DNA from: Thermodesulfobacteriota bacterium
GTDB lineage: Bacteria > Desulfobacterota_D > UBA1144 > Nemesobacterales > UBA2774
DNA: 64,000 bases
Assembly: GCA_965223335.1 (NCBI GenBank)
Contig: OZ244991.1
Location: 1,760,001 to 1,824,000 of the forward strand
Reading direction: 5' to 3'
The notes under the pieces were generated by a model. The model was not told the origin of the DNA. It was given only the letters and a program-made list of their open reading frames with translations, and ran no database searches. This document shows, piece by piece, positions 19,743 through 30,800 of the stretch. The translations under genes were made by a program, and so were the position numbers. How positions within the stretch are numbered: the first letter of the stretch is position 1; each line of letters starts with the position of its first letter.

Positions 19743-21680
19743 CTAATTGTTGCTGATCCATTTCTCTGACCACATCTGGAACATAAGTATGGACCATAGT
19801 GAATTAATATTTATCCCGGCACCCGATTTAATATGTTTGTGCAGTTTCCCAACGGCGTCCGAGTCGAATATGCCTTCTCGATCTAGTTTTTGTTTGTCCA
19901 GGTAATGTTCAGCGATCTCGGACAGGTCGTTGGTAACCCAGCTTTTTAATGGCATTGAGAAACCTTGCTTGGGACGGTCTACCAAGTTCTTCGGTACATG
20001 CCTTTCGAGCATGCGTTTAAGTATATATTTGCTTTCTCCGTTTTTATACTTTAGTTCTACAGGAATTCTCGCCGCATATTCGATAATGCGCTGATCCAAG
20101 AACGGATCACGGCCCTCAAGTCCGACACTCATCGTAACTCTATCGAGTTTAGTCAAGAGGTCGTCAACCAAATAGTGTTTTAGATCAGCTGCCATCATCT
20201 GTGTTTTTATGTTGTGATTGCTCAACTTGGAAAACAGATCTTCGTACTGATTGTTCTGTAAAACATTGATTTTGTTTGAGAGCAACTTGTTTAAGCGTTC
20301 AGAAACCGTAACGCTGCTTATCTCACGGTATAAGTTTGCGTATTGGTTTTGGTTGCCATAATTAAAGATAGCTCTTGTTTTATATATTCGGTCCTGGGTG
20401 TTTAGGGGATTTAAAAACAAGCCTCCGCTTTTTCTATTGATATAATCTATGAGTTCAGGATTTAACATGTTAAGCCCATAGGAGACAGCACTTCGTAGTG
20501 GGATGGGGATCTTTGTGCGCAGTCTGTTCATTTTCTCAGTGTCCCAGTACCTGTAATATCCACAAAATAACTCGTCTCCACCGTCTGCGGATAGTGCAAC
20601 TTTTACATGTTGGCGAGTCATTCTGGATACAATGTATGTAGGTATACAAGAATTATCTGCGAACGGTTCATCAAAAATCTCAGGCATCTCGGACAGTATT
20701 TTAGCTCCCTCGTCGGATGACAAGTAGTACTCGGTATGGTCTGTCCCCAGGTAATCAGCTATTTGTTTCGCCCACTTGGCCTCGTTCAAGTTATCTTCAT
20801 GGAAGCCAACAGAGAAAGTTTTCAGTTTTTGGTCGGTTTTGGCTAAAAGAGCTGTGAGAGTGGTTGAATCAATGCCCCCGCTAAGGAACACTCCAACGGG
20901 AACATCAGAAACAAGCCTGTATTTAAATGCATTGATTAGGACTTCTTCTAACTCACTAATTATTTGGTCTTCAGATTTCTGAAAAGTCTCTTCCAAATAA
21001 AGGTTAGTTATGTCCCAGTATTTGGTTTCGCTAAGACCTTGGCTAGATAGGCATAAATAATGCCCGGCTTTTACTTTATATGTGTTTTGATAGATAGAAT
21101 GGGGTGTCGGTATGTATCCGTACCGCAGATAAAGAGGAATGCTGTCATAGTTAATGCTTCTATCGAATTTCGGGTGTGCCAGCAAGGCTTTTATTTCTGA
21201 ACCAAAGATGAATACACCTTTATCCCAGAAGTAATATAAGGGTTTTACCCCTGTCCTGTCTCTTATTAGATATAGCTTTTTTTGTGTTTTATCCCATATA
21301 CCAATTGCAAACATCCCAATAAATTTTTCTAAACACCCGATTCCCCACTGCTCATACGATTTAAGTACAACCTCGGTGTCCGAACTGCTATTGAACCTAT
21401 GTCCTAGCAGGGTGAGTTCTTTTCTAAGCTCCTGATAGTTGTATATTTCACCGTTGTATGTAATCCATATTGATTGGTCATTGTTGGACATCGGTTGGTG
21501 GCCGCGTTCCGTCAAGTCAATTATCGATAATCGTCTATGCCCTAATCCGAGTGCATTTTCATTGTCTATATAAATCCCTGAGTCGTCTGGTCCTCTGTGC
21601 GCAAGTGCATCGTTCATGGAGCATAATACTCCTCGATCTATACTATCCTTAAGATCCCATATACCTACGATTCCACACAC
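19743..21680 (-). CDS. asnB: asparagine synthase-like glutamine amidotransferase (polysaccharide amidation)
   Basis: MCGI N-terminus (GTG), HRGPDD, HRRLSIIDL, NGEIYN, FLSGGIDS, SADGGDELF. Confidence 0.92.
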   Translation of the reverse strand: MCGIVGIWDLKDSIDRGVLCSMNDALAHRGPDDSGIYIDNENALGLGHRRLSIIDLTERGHQPMSNNDQSIWITYNGEIYNYQELRKELTLLGHRFNSSSDTEVVLKSYEQWGIGCLEKFIGMFAIGIWDKTQKKLYLIRDRTGVKPLYYFWDKGVFIFGSEIKALLAHPKFDRSINYDSIPLYLRYGYIPTPHSIYQNTYKVKAGHYLCLSSQGLSETKYWDITNLYLEETFQKSEDQIISELEEVLINAFKYRLVSDVPVGVFLSGGIDSTTLTALLAKTDQKLKTFSVGFHEDNLNEAKWAKQIADYLGTDHTEYYLSSDEGAKILSEMPEIFDEPFADNSCIPTYIVSRMTRQHVKVALSADGGDELFCGYYRYWDTEKMNRLRTKIPIPLRSAVSYGLNMLNPELIDYINRKSGGLFLNPLNTQDRIYKTRAIFNYGNQNQYANLYREISSVTVSERLNKLLSNKINVLQNNQYEDLFSKLSNHNIKTQMMAADLKHYLVDDLLTKLDRVTMSVGLEGRDPFLDQRIIEYAARIPVELKYKNGESKYILKRMLERHVPKNLVDRPKQGFSMPLKSWVTNDLSEIAEHYLDKQKLDREGIFDSDAVGKLHKHIKSGAGININSLWSILMFQMWSEKWISNN

Positions 21681-21690
21681 AGTCTTTTCC

Positions 21691-22695
21691 CTATTTTACA
21701 ATGGATACCTTTGCTGGATTTTTTAGTCTCTGTAATGCTTTTAGTAAAAGAGCCTTGTTCCTATTAAATGCGTTTGACTCGTAACCCTGCCATTTTGATT
21801 TATAGTCAGCAAAAGTTTTACGTTGCGTTAAGAAGTATAATGCATCTAACAGGGTGATGTGAAGGGAGTGGTAAAATGGGCTTGCCAGTGTGCCGTGCAG
21901 GTCGTAGAGAGTCCAATATCCCGTGTCATACTCTGACAATGTTTGTTCGATTGTCCATATGCTTTTGTCCGTTAGGGTTTTTATCTCTTGATCCTTTGTA
22001 ACCAGCACCAGATCATAGAGGCCGAAAACGGAGTATATCCAACCGTTTAGTACTGTACTTCTTGGATTCTCGGGATATTCCTCTAAGAAAATTTTATCGT
22101 CAATGTATAGTGCGCAACCACCTTCATCTACCGTTTTCATCATCAGGTTATATGCATCATGAGCAGATTCCAAGAACTCATCTCTCTCGGTAAGCAGATA
22201 AGCGCGTACTAAAACCGAGATCGCCTGGCCCTGGGCCATGGAAGAATACTCTGAAACAGTAGAGGGTCTAAGATATGCCCAGGGATTCTCATACCCGCCC
22301 AGTCGGTCTTGGTTCGAGACTAGCCACTCGGCTATATTTATGAATCGAGATCTTAACGAATCGTCTTTGTCTGCCAACCATCTATCGTATGTGCCCAATG
22401 CATACTGAGTTATTGTAATGGGAAAGTACAACTCAACTTCATTTGATAGGATATTAATGGGTATTGCGGATTCGTCAGTTTTTCCCTGCCAGTCGGATTT
22501 AGCTGTAAAATCGTTGTAGTATCCTCCAATACTATCGGTACTGATGAATTTGCCGAGGGGTTGTTGTACGTGGTAGTAGCTATCCCCAAATATTATTTTG
22601 AGCCAGCGGCTTAGAAGCGAAATGTATGTTTTTATTATCCACTCTCTCCAGTAATGATTTGATAACTCAATTGGTGTTACCACCGAGTATTTCAT
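21691..22695 (-). CDS. D-glucuronyl C5-epimerase family protein
   Basis: SSMAQGQAISVLVRAY, FLEEYP, VLNGWIYSVFGLYD, YDTG.WTLYDL, YHSLHI match the heparan C5-epimerase C-terminal motifs; start uncertain. Confidence 0.88.
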   Translation of the reverse strand: MKYSVVTPIELSNHYWREWIIKTYISLLSRWLKIIFGDSYYHVQQPLGKFISTDSIGGYYNDFTAKSDWQGKTDESAIPINILSNEVELYFPITITQYALGTYDRWLADKDDSLRSRFINIAEWLVSNQDRLGGYENPWAYLRPSTVSEYSSMAQGQAISVLVRAYLLTERDEFLESAHDAYNLMMKTVDEGGCALYIDDKIFLEEYPENPRSTVLNGWIYSVFGLYDLVLVTKDQEIKTLTDKSIWTIEQTLSEYDTGYWTLYDLHGTLASPFYHSLHITLLDALYFLTQRKTFADYKSKWQGYESNAFNRNKALLLKALQRLKNPAKVSIVK

Positions 22696-23821
22696 CGTAA
22701 AGTAACTCTATATTATTTACTGTGGTGTCCAATGAAAAATCGGTCGCCACTAGCTCACGACCTTTTTCCCCCATTCGCGTGGCGAGTTTTGGTTCATTTG
22801 CGAGTTGAACTATTCTCTTGGCAAGCTGTTTTGAATCACCTGGGGGGACCAAAAAACCGTTTACTCCTTCCTTGACTAGTTCTCCGAGTCCACACACATC
22901 TGTTGTTACGACTGGTTTTGACGATGCCATGTACTCTAAGATCGATAATGGGAGAGCTTCCCAATGCGAAGACAGCACGCCTATATTTAAGATTGAGATA
23001 ATATCTGGTATATCCCTCCTGTGTCCGGCAAATATGCAATTGTCATGTATTCCTAGTTCCGATGCATAACTTTTCATGAATTCAATTGTAGGGCCGTCGC
23101 CGACAAGCAGGAACAATACTGAAGGGATTTGTTCGGTAACGCTCTTTGCTGCGCGTAGAATCAGTTCATGATTTTTCTGTGGTCTAAATGCTGCTATCAA
23201 TCCTACTATTTTAGATTTAGGCTCAATACCTAGCTCTTTTCGAGTTTTTGTGTTGGGTTTTTGTTTGTAGAGTTTATAATCGATGCCGTTATAAATACTT
23301 ACTACTTTTGATGGATTAATACCGATTCTCTTTATATATCTTTCTCTCTCAAAATTAGACACGCACACTATCGCATTTGATAAAACACAACCGATCCAAT
23401 TCGCAATCATCGTAGGGTCATATGGTTGTAACTCAGGGTCCTCTCCGTGGGAATGAGATATTACGGGCAGGTGTATCAAACGCCCAATTATCGAGCCCCA
23501 AAAATTAGACCCGGTTTTGTGCGCGTGGATGAGTTTTATGTCATGTTGCTTCACTATCTGTTTTATTTCAGACAGTTTGTAAAATTGTGCAAATGAGTTC
23601 CTCTGAATTATATGATGAGTAATGTTATGGTGTACAAGTTTTTGTTCCAGCACTCCACCTTGCCTGGTAGCACATAGAACGGGTCTGTATTTGTCAGATT
23701 TTTTTAACCTAATGGCCGTGTCCACGGCCACATTTTCTGCGCCGGCTGAGTGTAGTGAATCTATTAAAATTAATACTCCGCATTTTTGTTTCTCAGTCAT
23801 TTGTGTTTTAGTAAGAGTCAA
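22667..23821 (-). CDS. GT4 glycosyltransferase
   Basis: AGAENV, IYNGID, PQKNH, SHWEALPLSILEYMA, NGFLVPPGD. Confidence 0.9.
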   Translation of the reverse strand: MTLTKTQMTEKQKCGVLILIDSLHSAGAENVAVDTAIRLKKSDKYRPVLCATRQGGVLEQKLVHHNITHHIIQRNSFAQFYKLSEIKQIVKQHDIKLIHAHKTGSNFWGSIIGRLIHLPVISHSHGEDPELQPYDPTMIANWIGCVLSNAIVCVSNFERERYIKRIGINPSKVVSIYNGIDYKLYKQKPNTKTRKELGIEPKSKIVGLIAAFRPQKNHELILRAAKSVTEQIPSVLFLLVGDGPTIEFMKSYASELGIHDNCIFAGHRRDIPDIISILNIGVLSSHWEALPLSILEYMASSKPVVTTDVCGLGELVKEGVNGFLVPPGDSKQLAKRIVQLANEPKLATRMGEKGRELVATDFSLDTTVNNIELLYDEILGGNTN

Positions 23822-23932
23822 GATAATGCATTGTTATTACAGCAGGTTACGAGTTGAATGAGCCCGAATATCCGTTCACAGTCGGCATTTCAATAGAACA
23901 GTAAAATATACTGCATATTTATATACTGGCAA

Positions 23933-25171
23933 TCATATTAAAGAATCTAGAACGTCTATGTATTGCTGAGCTTTAATAGCTCTTGAAAACTGTTCGTTGG
24001 CAAATTTTTTGCCGTTTTCACCTAATTTATCTCTCAATATTTCGTCTTCGTACAATTTCTGAATATTATCTGCCAAGGCCTTGCCGTTTTCCGGCTCTGA
24101 ATATAGTCCGCAACGAGCTCTGCTCACCACTAGGTTCTCAGTTTCTCCACGAGCACCTACTATTATAGGTTTCCCGCAAGCCATGGGTTCGAATACCTTT
24201 GCAAAGATAGTTTTTTTAAACAGGTCGTCGTTTTTTGAGAGCACTAAACATATGTCCGATGCATTCAAGACTAAGGGGATTTCCGGCTTCGGCTTTTTGT
24301 CGAGGAATAAAATATTATTTAGTCCTGATTTGACTTGTAAGTTTACAAGCCTTTCCTTGTCGTACCCGTCACCTACCAGTAAAAAAAGAACATCCGGTAG
24401 TTTCTCACTTAGAATCTCGGCTGCTTCCAAAACCACCTGTACCCCATGCGTAAGGCCGATAGTTCCAACATACGAGACAATGAACTTGTTCTCGGCACCT
24501 AGGTTGGAAATGTATTTGTCATCTTTAGGTGTGGGTTTGAAGAGCTCTGTGTCTACGGCATTTTCAATGACCTCAATTTTTGTTGGATCAATCCCGCGAT
24601 CTATTATCATGGATTCCTTAAACGAGTCGGTCAATGCCACAATCTTGTCACTTTTAGAGTATAAAAGAGTGGCGATTTGATCAAACATCTTGTATGACAA
24701 CGAGTTTTCTGTGCCTGCTCCAACTGCTGTTATTACCTCGGGCCATAGGTCCCTCACTTCGAATATTAATGACGAGCCCCACAAGCGTGAATGCACATAA
24801 GCTGTTAGACCCGAGAACAGGGGAGGTGATGTGCCGATTACGGCGTCATATTTGCCTAGGAACGGCACGCTTAGGGCACCTGTCAAGAAAAATGACAGGT
24901 AATTTAACCCTCGGCGTAAGGTACTCCTTAAGTGTGAGGGGAATGCCCATAATCTGATCACATTGATGCCGTCAATATTCTCTTTATATACAAACCTCCA
25001 GATTTTACACTGGTAGCCGTGATAAACATTACCGTCTGGATAGTTAGGGAATGAGGTAAGTACCGTCACCTCGTGTCCGTTTCGGACCCATTCACGCGAC
25101 ATTTCGTGTACTCGTGATGCAGGTGCACCCATTTCGGGATAAAAGTACTGGGATATATATAGAATTTTCAT
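23933..25171 (-). CDS. GT4 glycosyltransferase (WbuB-like)
   Basis: SQYFYPE, PNYP.G, TSPP, FEVRDLWPE, KVFEPMACGKPI. Confidence 0.9.
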   Translation of the reverse strand: MKILYISQYFYPEMGAPASRVHEMSREWVRNGHEVTVLTSFPNYPDGNVYHGYQCKIWRFVYKENIDGINVIRLWAFPSHLRSTLRRGLNYLSFFLTGALSVPFLGKYDAVIGTSPPLFSGLTAYVHSRLWGSSLIFEVRDLWPEVITAVGAGTENSLSYKMFDQIATLLYSKSDKIVALTDSFKESMIIDRGIDPTKIEVIENAVDTELFKPTPKDDKYISNLGAENKFIVSYVGTIGLTHGVQVVLEAAEILSEKLPDVLFLLVGDGYDKERLVNLQVKSGLNNILFLDKKPKPEIPLVLNASDICLVLSKNDDLFKKTIFAKVFEPMACGKPIIVGARGETENLVVSRARCGLYSEPENGKALADNIQKLYEDEILRDKLGENGKKFANEQFSRAIKAQQYIDVLDSLI

Positions 25172-25200
25172 ATTTTAAATATGGAATACCATTTATGTTC

Positions 25201-26625
25201 TTAAGTCGAAGTCTGATAATATGCAGGTCTTGTTCTTCCGTAAGGATTCGTCGGTGTGTGATTTTGCCTTAATATATTGGTAGTTAAGTTAACGAGTATG
25301 GCTGCCAGGGCGAAGATCATCCATATGGTGATATCGTTTTCCAATCCGTAGAACAGGTTGGCAACCAGCATGCCGTAAAATCCAAGTTCTAATGCGGTGG
25401 CATAAGAGTAAATATATCTATTTTTAATTACTCTGGATGCAGTTCGTTCTACCCTTCTCAACTCTTTCCAGGTCATGTATAGAATCGCCATGAATGTAGT
25501 GAATCCGATGATTCCTAATCCGCATAGAATTTCTATGTACATGTTGTGGGACGTGCGATGTATTCTGTTGTAGTACAGGAACTGTCTGTAACCGACTCCT
25601 ATAAATGGATGTTCTGCGAACAGTTTGGGTGCTACCTCAAAATACATATAGTATCTTTCCTGTAATGAATTTTCCTTAATCGCCTGAGGGTCTTTTAATA
25701 CACGAAGTGAGTTGATGCGTTCAATATATTGATCCGCAACTGTAAAGTAGAAAACTGAGAATAAACCTATAAGTACAGGTAGAGTCAATGCAAGTATTTT
25801 CGTTTTGTTTCTACCCCTGAGTAGCTTGAGTAGGGAGATAACTATTAATGCCATGAGTGATATAAAACCTGTTCGGGAATAGGTAAGTATTAGGCCGGTT
25901 AGTAATATGCCGAAACATGCTAATGCCGCTATTTTTAGATTCTTATTCTCACTGTTTATGTACTGAACAAAACATAGGGGCAGCAAAAATATCACCGTGG
26001 CTGCAAATATATTAGGGTCCCCCCACATACCTCCCAATCTGTCCATATCACCGGATAATAGAGTGCGCCAATACCCTTGATACAATAGTGGCCAGAGTAC
26101 CGAAATTACACCACCAGCAAGGAGCGCCCAAGTACAAAGGTTCAATGTCTTAATGTCACGTATCATCATCAATAAAACGATGTATAATACGATGTAGATA
26201 ATTATTTTTTGTGTCTCGTAGAGTGTGATATCTAACGAGTACTTGGCGTACAGTACACTCGATAGACAGAGCATAACAAAAAGGAGCATGAGAAATATTT
26301 TTTTACTGACAAATACATTTCGTATATACCTTAATGATCCTGTAATGATAAGCAGAAATAATAGGTACGCACCGAGAATCTTTCGAATACCATGTGCTCC
26401 CATAAATGAGTAAGCATGTTCCATGGTAAAAAATAGGAAGAAGCCCGATACTGCTATCCACGGCTTCATGATGCTTAATATAGCAAGCGGTATTGCGATT
26501 ATAAGGGCCACCATCAGTAAGTATTGCCCATAAATACCTAGCACTAAGCCTGTAGCCACCCCTAGTGTTACAGTTCCGATAATTATCAACTGGCGTATGC
26601 TTGTGTTTGAACCAATTCTTTCCAT
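25201..26625 (-). CDS. Wzy polymerase / O-antigen ligase family membrane protein
   Basis: Many TM segments; RLGG.WGDPN.FA, TYSRTG, HPFIGVGY, HNMYIEIL..LGIIG. Confidence 0.85.
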   Translation of the reverse strand: MERIGSNTSIRQLIIIGTVTLGVATGLVLGIYGQYLLMVALIIAIPLAILSIMKPWIAVSGFFLFFTMEHAYSFMGAHGIRKILGAYLLFLLIITGSLRYIRNVFVSKKIFLMLLFVMLCLSSVLYAKYSLDITLYETQKIIIYIVLYIVLLMMIRDIKTLNLCTWALLAGGVISVLWPLLYQGYWRTLLSGDMDRLGGMWGDPNIFAATVIFLLPLCFVQYINSENKNLKIAALACFGILLTGLILTYSRTGFISLMALIVISLLKLLRGRNKTKILALTLPVLIGLFSVFYFTVADQYIERINSLRVLKDPQAIKENSLQERYYMYFEVAPKLFAEHPFIGVGYRQFLYYNRIHRTSHNMYIEILCGLGIIGFTTFMAILYMTWKELRRVERTASRVIKNRYIYSYATALELGFYGMLVANLFYGLENDITIWMIFALAAILVNLTTNILRQNHTPTNPYGRTRPAYYQTST

Positions 26626-26682
26626 GCTGGTGTTAAGCCCTTATTATCAACCTACAAAATCATTTTCTCGATCTTATATTTA

Positions 26683-27612
26683 TCATTTAAATGTTTCGCT
26701 TGTAGATATTTTTGTTTGTTTCCTATAGGTCAAGTATTTGTTAATTAGATTTGAGTTAAGCAGAGAAAGCGTAAAATAGAAGTAATATCTACTGTTATAA
26801 GGATACAGTTTAATTGCATCGAAGAGTAGGCCTCTGCCTTTTTTAACTTCGCCCAATTGACAGTAAGCTAATCCTTTTTTATATAGACAGTTGCTGTGTG
26901 CCCTGGGATTTTTCATGTAGTCGTTTTTGTATTTTGCTGTGAGTATATCTATGCCCTTTATGATATTGAGATGTATTTTCGAGTGGTTATAGTCATGATC
27001 GTTTATTATGGCCAGCGGTTCCCCAACATAGCTATATTTGTATTTGTCGGCTATCCGGAGCCACATCTCCCAGTCCTCGCCATACCTAAGCCCCGAGTCA
27101 AATAGCCCGACATTCTCAAAACATTCCCTTTTTACGAATATTGTGGAGTCAGAACCGGTTATGCAGTTATCATAAAGCAGATCGGAATAAATAGAACCAT
27201 GTTTCTCGGGGAGTACCGTTTTTAAGAGTTTATTGGAATCTTTGTCTATCCAGTAGTACCCGGTGTACACAGCCCCGTAATCAGGATCACAGCTTTCGAT
27301 TGTCTTTAATTGTTTCTCGAGTTTTTGGGGTAACCACTCGTCATCGTCGTCTATAAAAGCTATGTATTTTGTATCGCATTTTTTAATACCGGTATTGCGG
27401 GCTTCGGATGGCCCGAGGTTCTCTCCATGTTTGATGTAATCCACATGCTTATGTTTTATGGATCGCACATAATCCTCTGTGTCATCAGTGCCTGCGTCGT
27501 CAATAATAATTAGTTTGTAGTCCTCGAAGGTCTGTGATAAAACGGTTGAGATCGTTTTCTCGAGCGACCCTCTTCTGTTATAAGTCGGTATGATTACGCT
27601 TAAGATAGGCAT
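26683..27612 (-). CDS. GT2 glycosyltransferase
   Basis: SVIIPTYNR, IIDDAGTD, ARNTG, FIDDDDEWLPQKL, EDWEMWLR. Confidence 0.92.
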   Translation of the reverse strand: MPILSVIIPTYNRRGSLEKTISTVLSQTFEDYKLIIIDDAGTDDTEDYVRSIKHKHVDYIKHGENLGPSEARNTGIKKCDTKYIAFIDDDDEWLPQKLEKQLKTIESCDPDYGAVYTGYYWIDKDSNKLLKTVLPEKHGSIYSDLLYDNCITGSDSTIFVKRECFENVGLFDSGLRYGEDWEMWLRIADKYKYSYVGEPLAIINDHDYNHSKIHLNIIKGIDILTAKYKNDYMKNPRAHSNCLYKKGLAYCQLGEVKKGRGLLFDAIKLYPYNSRYYFYFTLSLLNSNLINKYLTYRKQTKISTSETFK

Positions 27613-27734
27613 TTGAGAAATTTGTTAAATCAATATATGAATTATTGTATATCCAATGCACACTGAACTGCGATTTTATCAATATCTGATCCGTAAGTGG
27701 CTCGTTTGAAAGAAGAAATCGTATAGTTCGTAGT

Positions 27735-28967
27735 TCAGATGTCTATCTTATTAAGTATATGTCTTTTGATTAAATCCACAACATTATTGCGATCGTAGAG
27801 CTCAATAACCTTTGAGCGCGATCGGGATCCGATACTGGCACACAGTTCTTTGTCCTCGAGTAGTTGTAGGCAGGTGTCAGCTAAGGACTCTGCAGAATCC
27901 CTGATTAGAATTTCTTCGCCGTCTGCAAACTCAAGCCCCTCTGCCCCTACTGTGGTGGATACCACAGGTTTTCCGTATGCCGCTGCTTCAATGATTTTTA
28001 TTCTGGTTCCCCCGCCGCTAAATAACGGCACACACACGACCCGAGTCACTTGATACAGACTGTCCAGGTCCTCTACATAACCGGTTGTTGTTACACCGGG
28101 TTGGGATTTAATTTCTGTGCTGAGCCCCTCTGATACAGAGCCTGCGATTATAAGTTTCGCATTGGGTTTTTTTTTGTATACAAGCGGCCAAATTTCTTCA
28201 ATCAGATAGCTTGCGGCATCTACGTTGGGCTTGTAAGAGTTGCCGAGAAACATTATCGATGAGTCGTCTGTTAAAGTTTGGGGCTTGGGGATATCCACTG
28301 CATTTGGAACTTTTAGCACCGACTCTACGTGACATTGTTCATTTAAGTATCTGACATCGTCCTCGGAACACACAAAAGTCGCATCGGCCTTTCGGACGGC
28401 TCTTTTCTCGCCCGATTTAAGGCTCTTTTGAACTAGTTTCAGTAGTTTGCTTTTACTGGATTTTTGCAGTGATATGTACCTGTCCAACACAATGTGCTCA
28501 ATATCGTCGAGGTCAAAAAACACAGGGGGCAGGGATAGGTTGGTTTTCATTATTGGACACATGGCCGAGAGCCTATGTGCAAATACAGCATCGGGGCCCA
28601 GTTTTACACGATCTTCCAGGGCTTTTATCTGTACGGGTCCACTAAGCTCCATATAACCCTTTTGGTTATAGATACTAAACGCACCCTTTGCAAATGATAG
28701 CCACTTTGCCAGCTCATTATTATCGCTGAACCTATCCATAGGGCATAGAGTCAGGTGTAAGTTTTCAGTCCAGCGCTCTTTGTATAAATTCTCATACCTG
28801 GTTACATCGTTTTCGCTTGGTAGTTCTTCTGGGCTTACATAATAGAGCAAATCGATTTGGGAAATCTCGGATAAAGCATCCAATAACAGATCCATACGCT
28901 TATAAACACCGTGTGATTTTTCCGCGAAATCGCCGGGGAAGTACTTAGAGATAAATAATATCTTCAT
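27735..28967 (-). CDS. GT4 glycosyltransferase
   Basis: DLDDIEH, VPNAVD, YKPNVDA, GGGTRIKIIEAAAYGKPVVSTTVGAEG. Confidence 0.9.
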   Translation of the reverse strand: MKILFISKYFPGDFAEKSHGVYKRMDLLLDALSEISQIDLLYYVSPEELPSENDVTRYENLYKERWTENLHLTLCPMDRFSDNNELAKWLSFAKGAFSIYNQKGYMELSGPVQIKALEDRVKLGPDAVFAHRLSAMCPIMKTNLSLPPVFFDLDDIEHIVLDRYISLQKSSKSKLLKLVQKSLKSGEKRAVRKADATFVCSEDDVRYLNEQCHVESVLKVPNAVDIPKPQTLTDDSSIMFLGNSYKPNVDAASYLIEEIWPLVYKKKPNAKLIIAGSVSEGLSTEIKSQPGVTTTGYVEDLDSLYQVTRVVCVPLFSGGGTRIKIIEAAAYGKPVVSTTVGAEGLEFADGEEILIRDSAESLADTCLQLLEDKELCASIGSRSRSKVIELYDRNNVVDLIKRHILNKIDI

Positions 28968-28970
28968 GGT

Positions 28971-30635
28971 TTAGATAATAAGTCTACACTCAAAACCATA
29001 TTGGCGTGATAATTCTAGTTCCCAGAGGCGTACATATATATTGTTTCTGACTTGATCGAGATTGGCTACATTGTTGTTTCCTGCAACAAGCATTGAAATA
29101 TCAGATGCTGCATTTGTGACCCATGTATAAACACGCAGATATTGAACCGTATCGTTATCGATGCCTGTTTGTGAAGTGTAATGATTCATACATGCTGCAA
29201 ATAGATCTCCGATCTCCGTCGATGTTCTTAACATACTATTATAAGTCTCTTCATAGTTATTAGTACTCCAGGTTTTAGAAACATCGAAGCAATATATTGT
29301 CATAAAGTAAAGCAGATCCGCCACTGGTAGTCCTCTAAGCTCGGCATCTTCCCAGTCAATCACGTGTATCTTATCATTATCTGTGATTAGCAAATTGGTT
29401 GGGCTTAGGTCTCTATGTTCGCATACTAAATTCGGCACTTGGATAGTGTTTAGTATTTTCAATGTTCTATTCATGAACTCTTGGTTAACAGCGTCTCCGA
29501 GAAAGCTTTTTATAATATCGACAGTTGAGTTAAATAATCTTGGCTTCCAATCTGTGGTGAGTTCCGATGTAGTATTATTGGCAAGATCTATTAACCAGTT
29601 TGTAGCACTTAAAGTCTTGGATCTGTCTTTTTCATGAGCACCTAAGAGCGGCATAACCGAACCTGCTAGATATGTTTGCGCAGTAATACATTGGTTCTCG
29701 GAGTAAGAACTATACAATACTTTGGGTATGGAATTATGATTTTCAATGATTGTATTCAACTTGTTAAGTACTTTTTCTTCATTCATAAGCAGGGGCGCAA
29801 ATTTAGGTGTTCTGGGTACTTTTAACACAAACAACGGATCGGGTTGATCCTTGCTGAATACAAATAAAACCACTTTGCATTTAAGAATATCACCTATAGT
29901 TATCATCAGTTTGGTAATATCTAGCTCCCCGTACTCTATACCAAGTTCTCCTAGTATTTCTTTTATAGCTGTAGTTATACCTCTTGAAAACCTATCATTA
30001 CAACCCACATTGTTGTTTAGCAGGTCATTGTTCAGAATAGGTTTTTCTGCGGTTGCAATCACTGTAATGCTTGGGCGTGATGGAGACATTAGTATTGGAT
30101 AATTCATGATTAGGTTTGGAAATAAATTCCATATTATATTTTTTATCCGCGCGGATATTTTGCGTGTTTTAGAGAGTTGTGAATGTTGTTGTAATAACTT
30201 AAGTGTGAAGCTCATTGCCTGTTTTGAAGCCAAAGGTATCCATAGATGAGTTTCGGTATCAGACGGGGGAGGTATGGTCATATAAAATTCAATGTGATTA
30301 AAACCACAATTTCTAAGGTTATCCGAGTGTTTTTTATAGCTACTTAGTCGGTTTAAATTAAATTCCGCGTATAGAGCTCCACCCTCGGCCAATGAATTGT
30401 ATGCATTCATTAGGATGTCAGGGGTTGGGTCTATTGTTACGACTAACTCAGGGGGTATGTTATGTGCTCCGGAGTCGTGATCCAATACAGCATCTGAAAT
30501 TAGTTCTAAACTTTGCGTGATTGGATCGGGTGTAAAGCATTTTATGGAATTGAATGTTGGAGTACCTAAAAGAAAGCGCCAATCCACACGTCTTAGCAGG
30601 CGGTTTAACTCGACTTCGTCGAAGAGCTTGTACAT
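28971..30635 (-). CDS. APH/choline-kinase-like phosphotransferase with degenerate methyltransferase-like N-region (paralog 1)
   Basis: VLKVPR, HRDLSPTNLL, VIDWE, GLP.ADL; N-terminal LLRRVDWRFL and AYNSLAEGGALYAEF. Confidence 0.75.
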   Translation of the reverse strand: MYKLFDEVELNRLLRRVDWRFLLGTPTFNSIKCFTPDPITQSLELISDAVLDHDSGAHNIPPELVVTIDPTPDILMNAYNSLAEGGALYAEFNLNRLSSYKKHSDNLRNCGFNHIEFYMTIPPPSDTETHLWIPLASKQAMSFTLKLLQQHSQLSKTRKISARIKNIIWNLFPNLIMNYPILMSPSRPSITVIATAEKPILNNDLLNNNVGCNDRFSRGITTAIKEILGELGIEYGELDITKLMITIGDILKCKVVLFVFSKDQPDPLFVLKVPRTPKFAPLLMNEEKVLNKLNTIIENHNSIPKVLYSSYSENQCITAQTYLAGSVMPLLGAHEKDRSKTLSATNWLIDLANNTTSELTTDWKPRLFNSTVDIIKSFLGDAVNQEFMNRTLKILNTIQVPNLVCEHRDLSPTNLLITDNDKIHVIDWEDAELRGLPVADLLYFMTIYCFDVSKTWSTNNYEETYNSMLRTSTEIGDLFAACMNHYTSQTGIDNDTVQYLRVYTWVTNAASDISMLVAGNNNVANLDQVRNNIYVRLWELELSRQYGFECRLII

Positions 30636-30800
30636 GTATATATAAATATATACACATACGACAATACAGGAAAGAGTAAATCGTAAGTCGTTTTGAGGTC
30701 TGATGATCTGATATGCGCTATTTATACAATGTTAACATTTGAATGCGAGCACTTTTACGAACCTGCCGGAATACAGTGGTCTGAGAATGGTTGATATTGT

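Noticed and set aside
30635..30654. TGTATATAT-aa-ATATATACA palindrome at the kinase start
   Set aside because: Low-complexity AT repeat, plausible by chance
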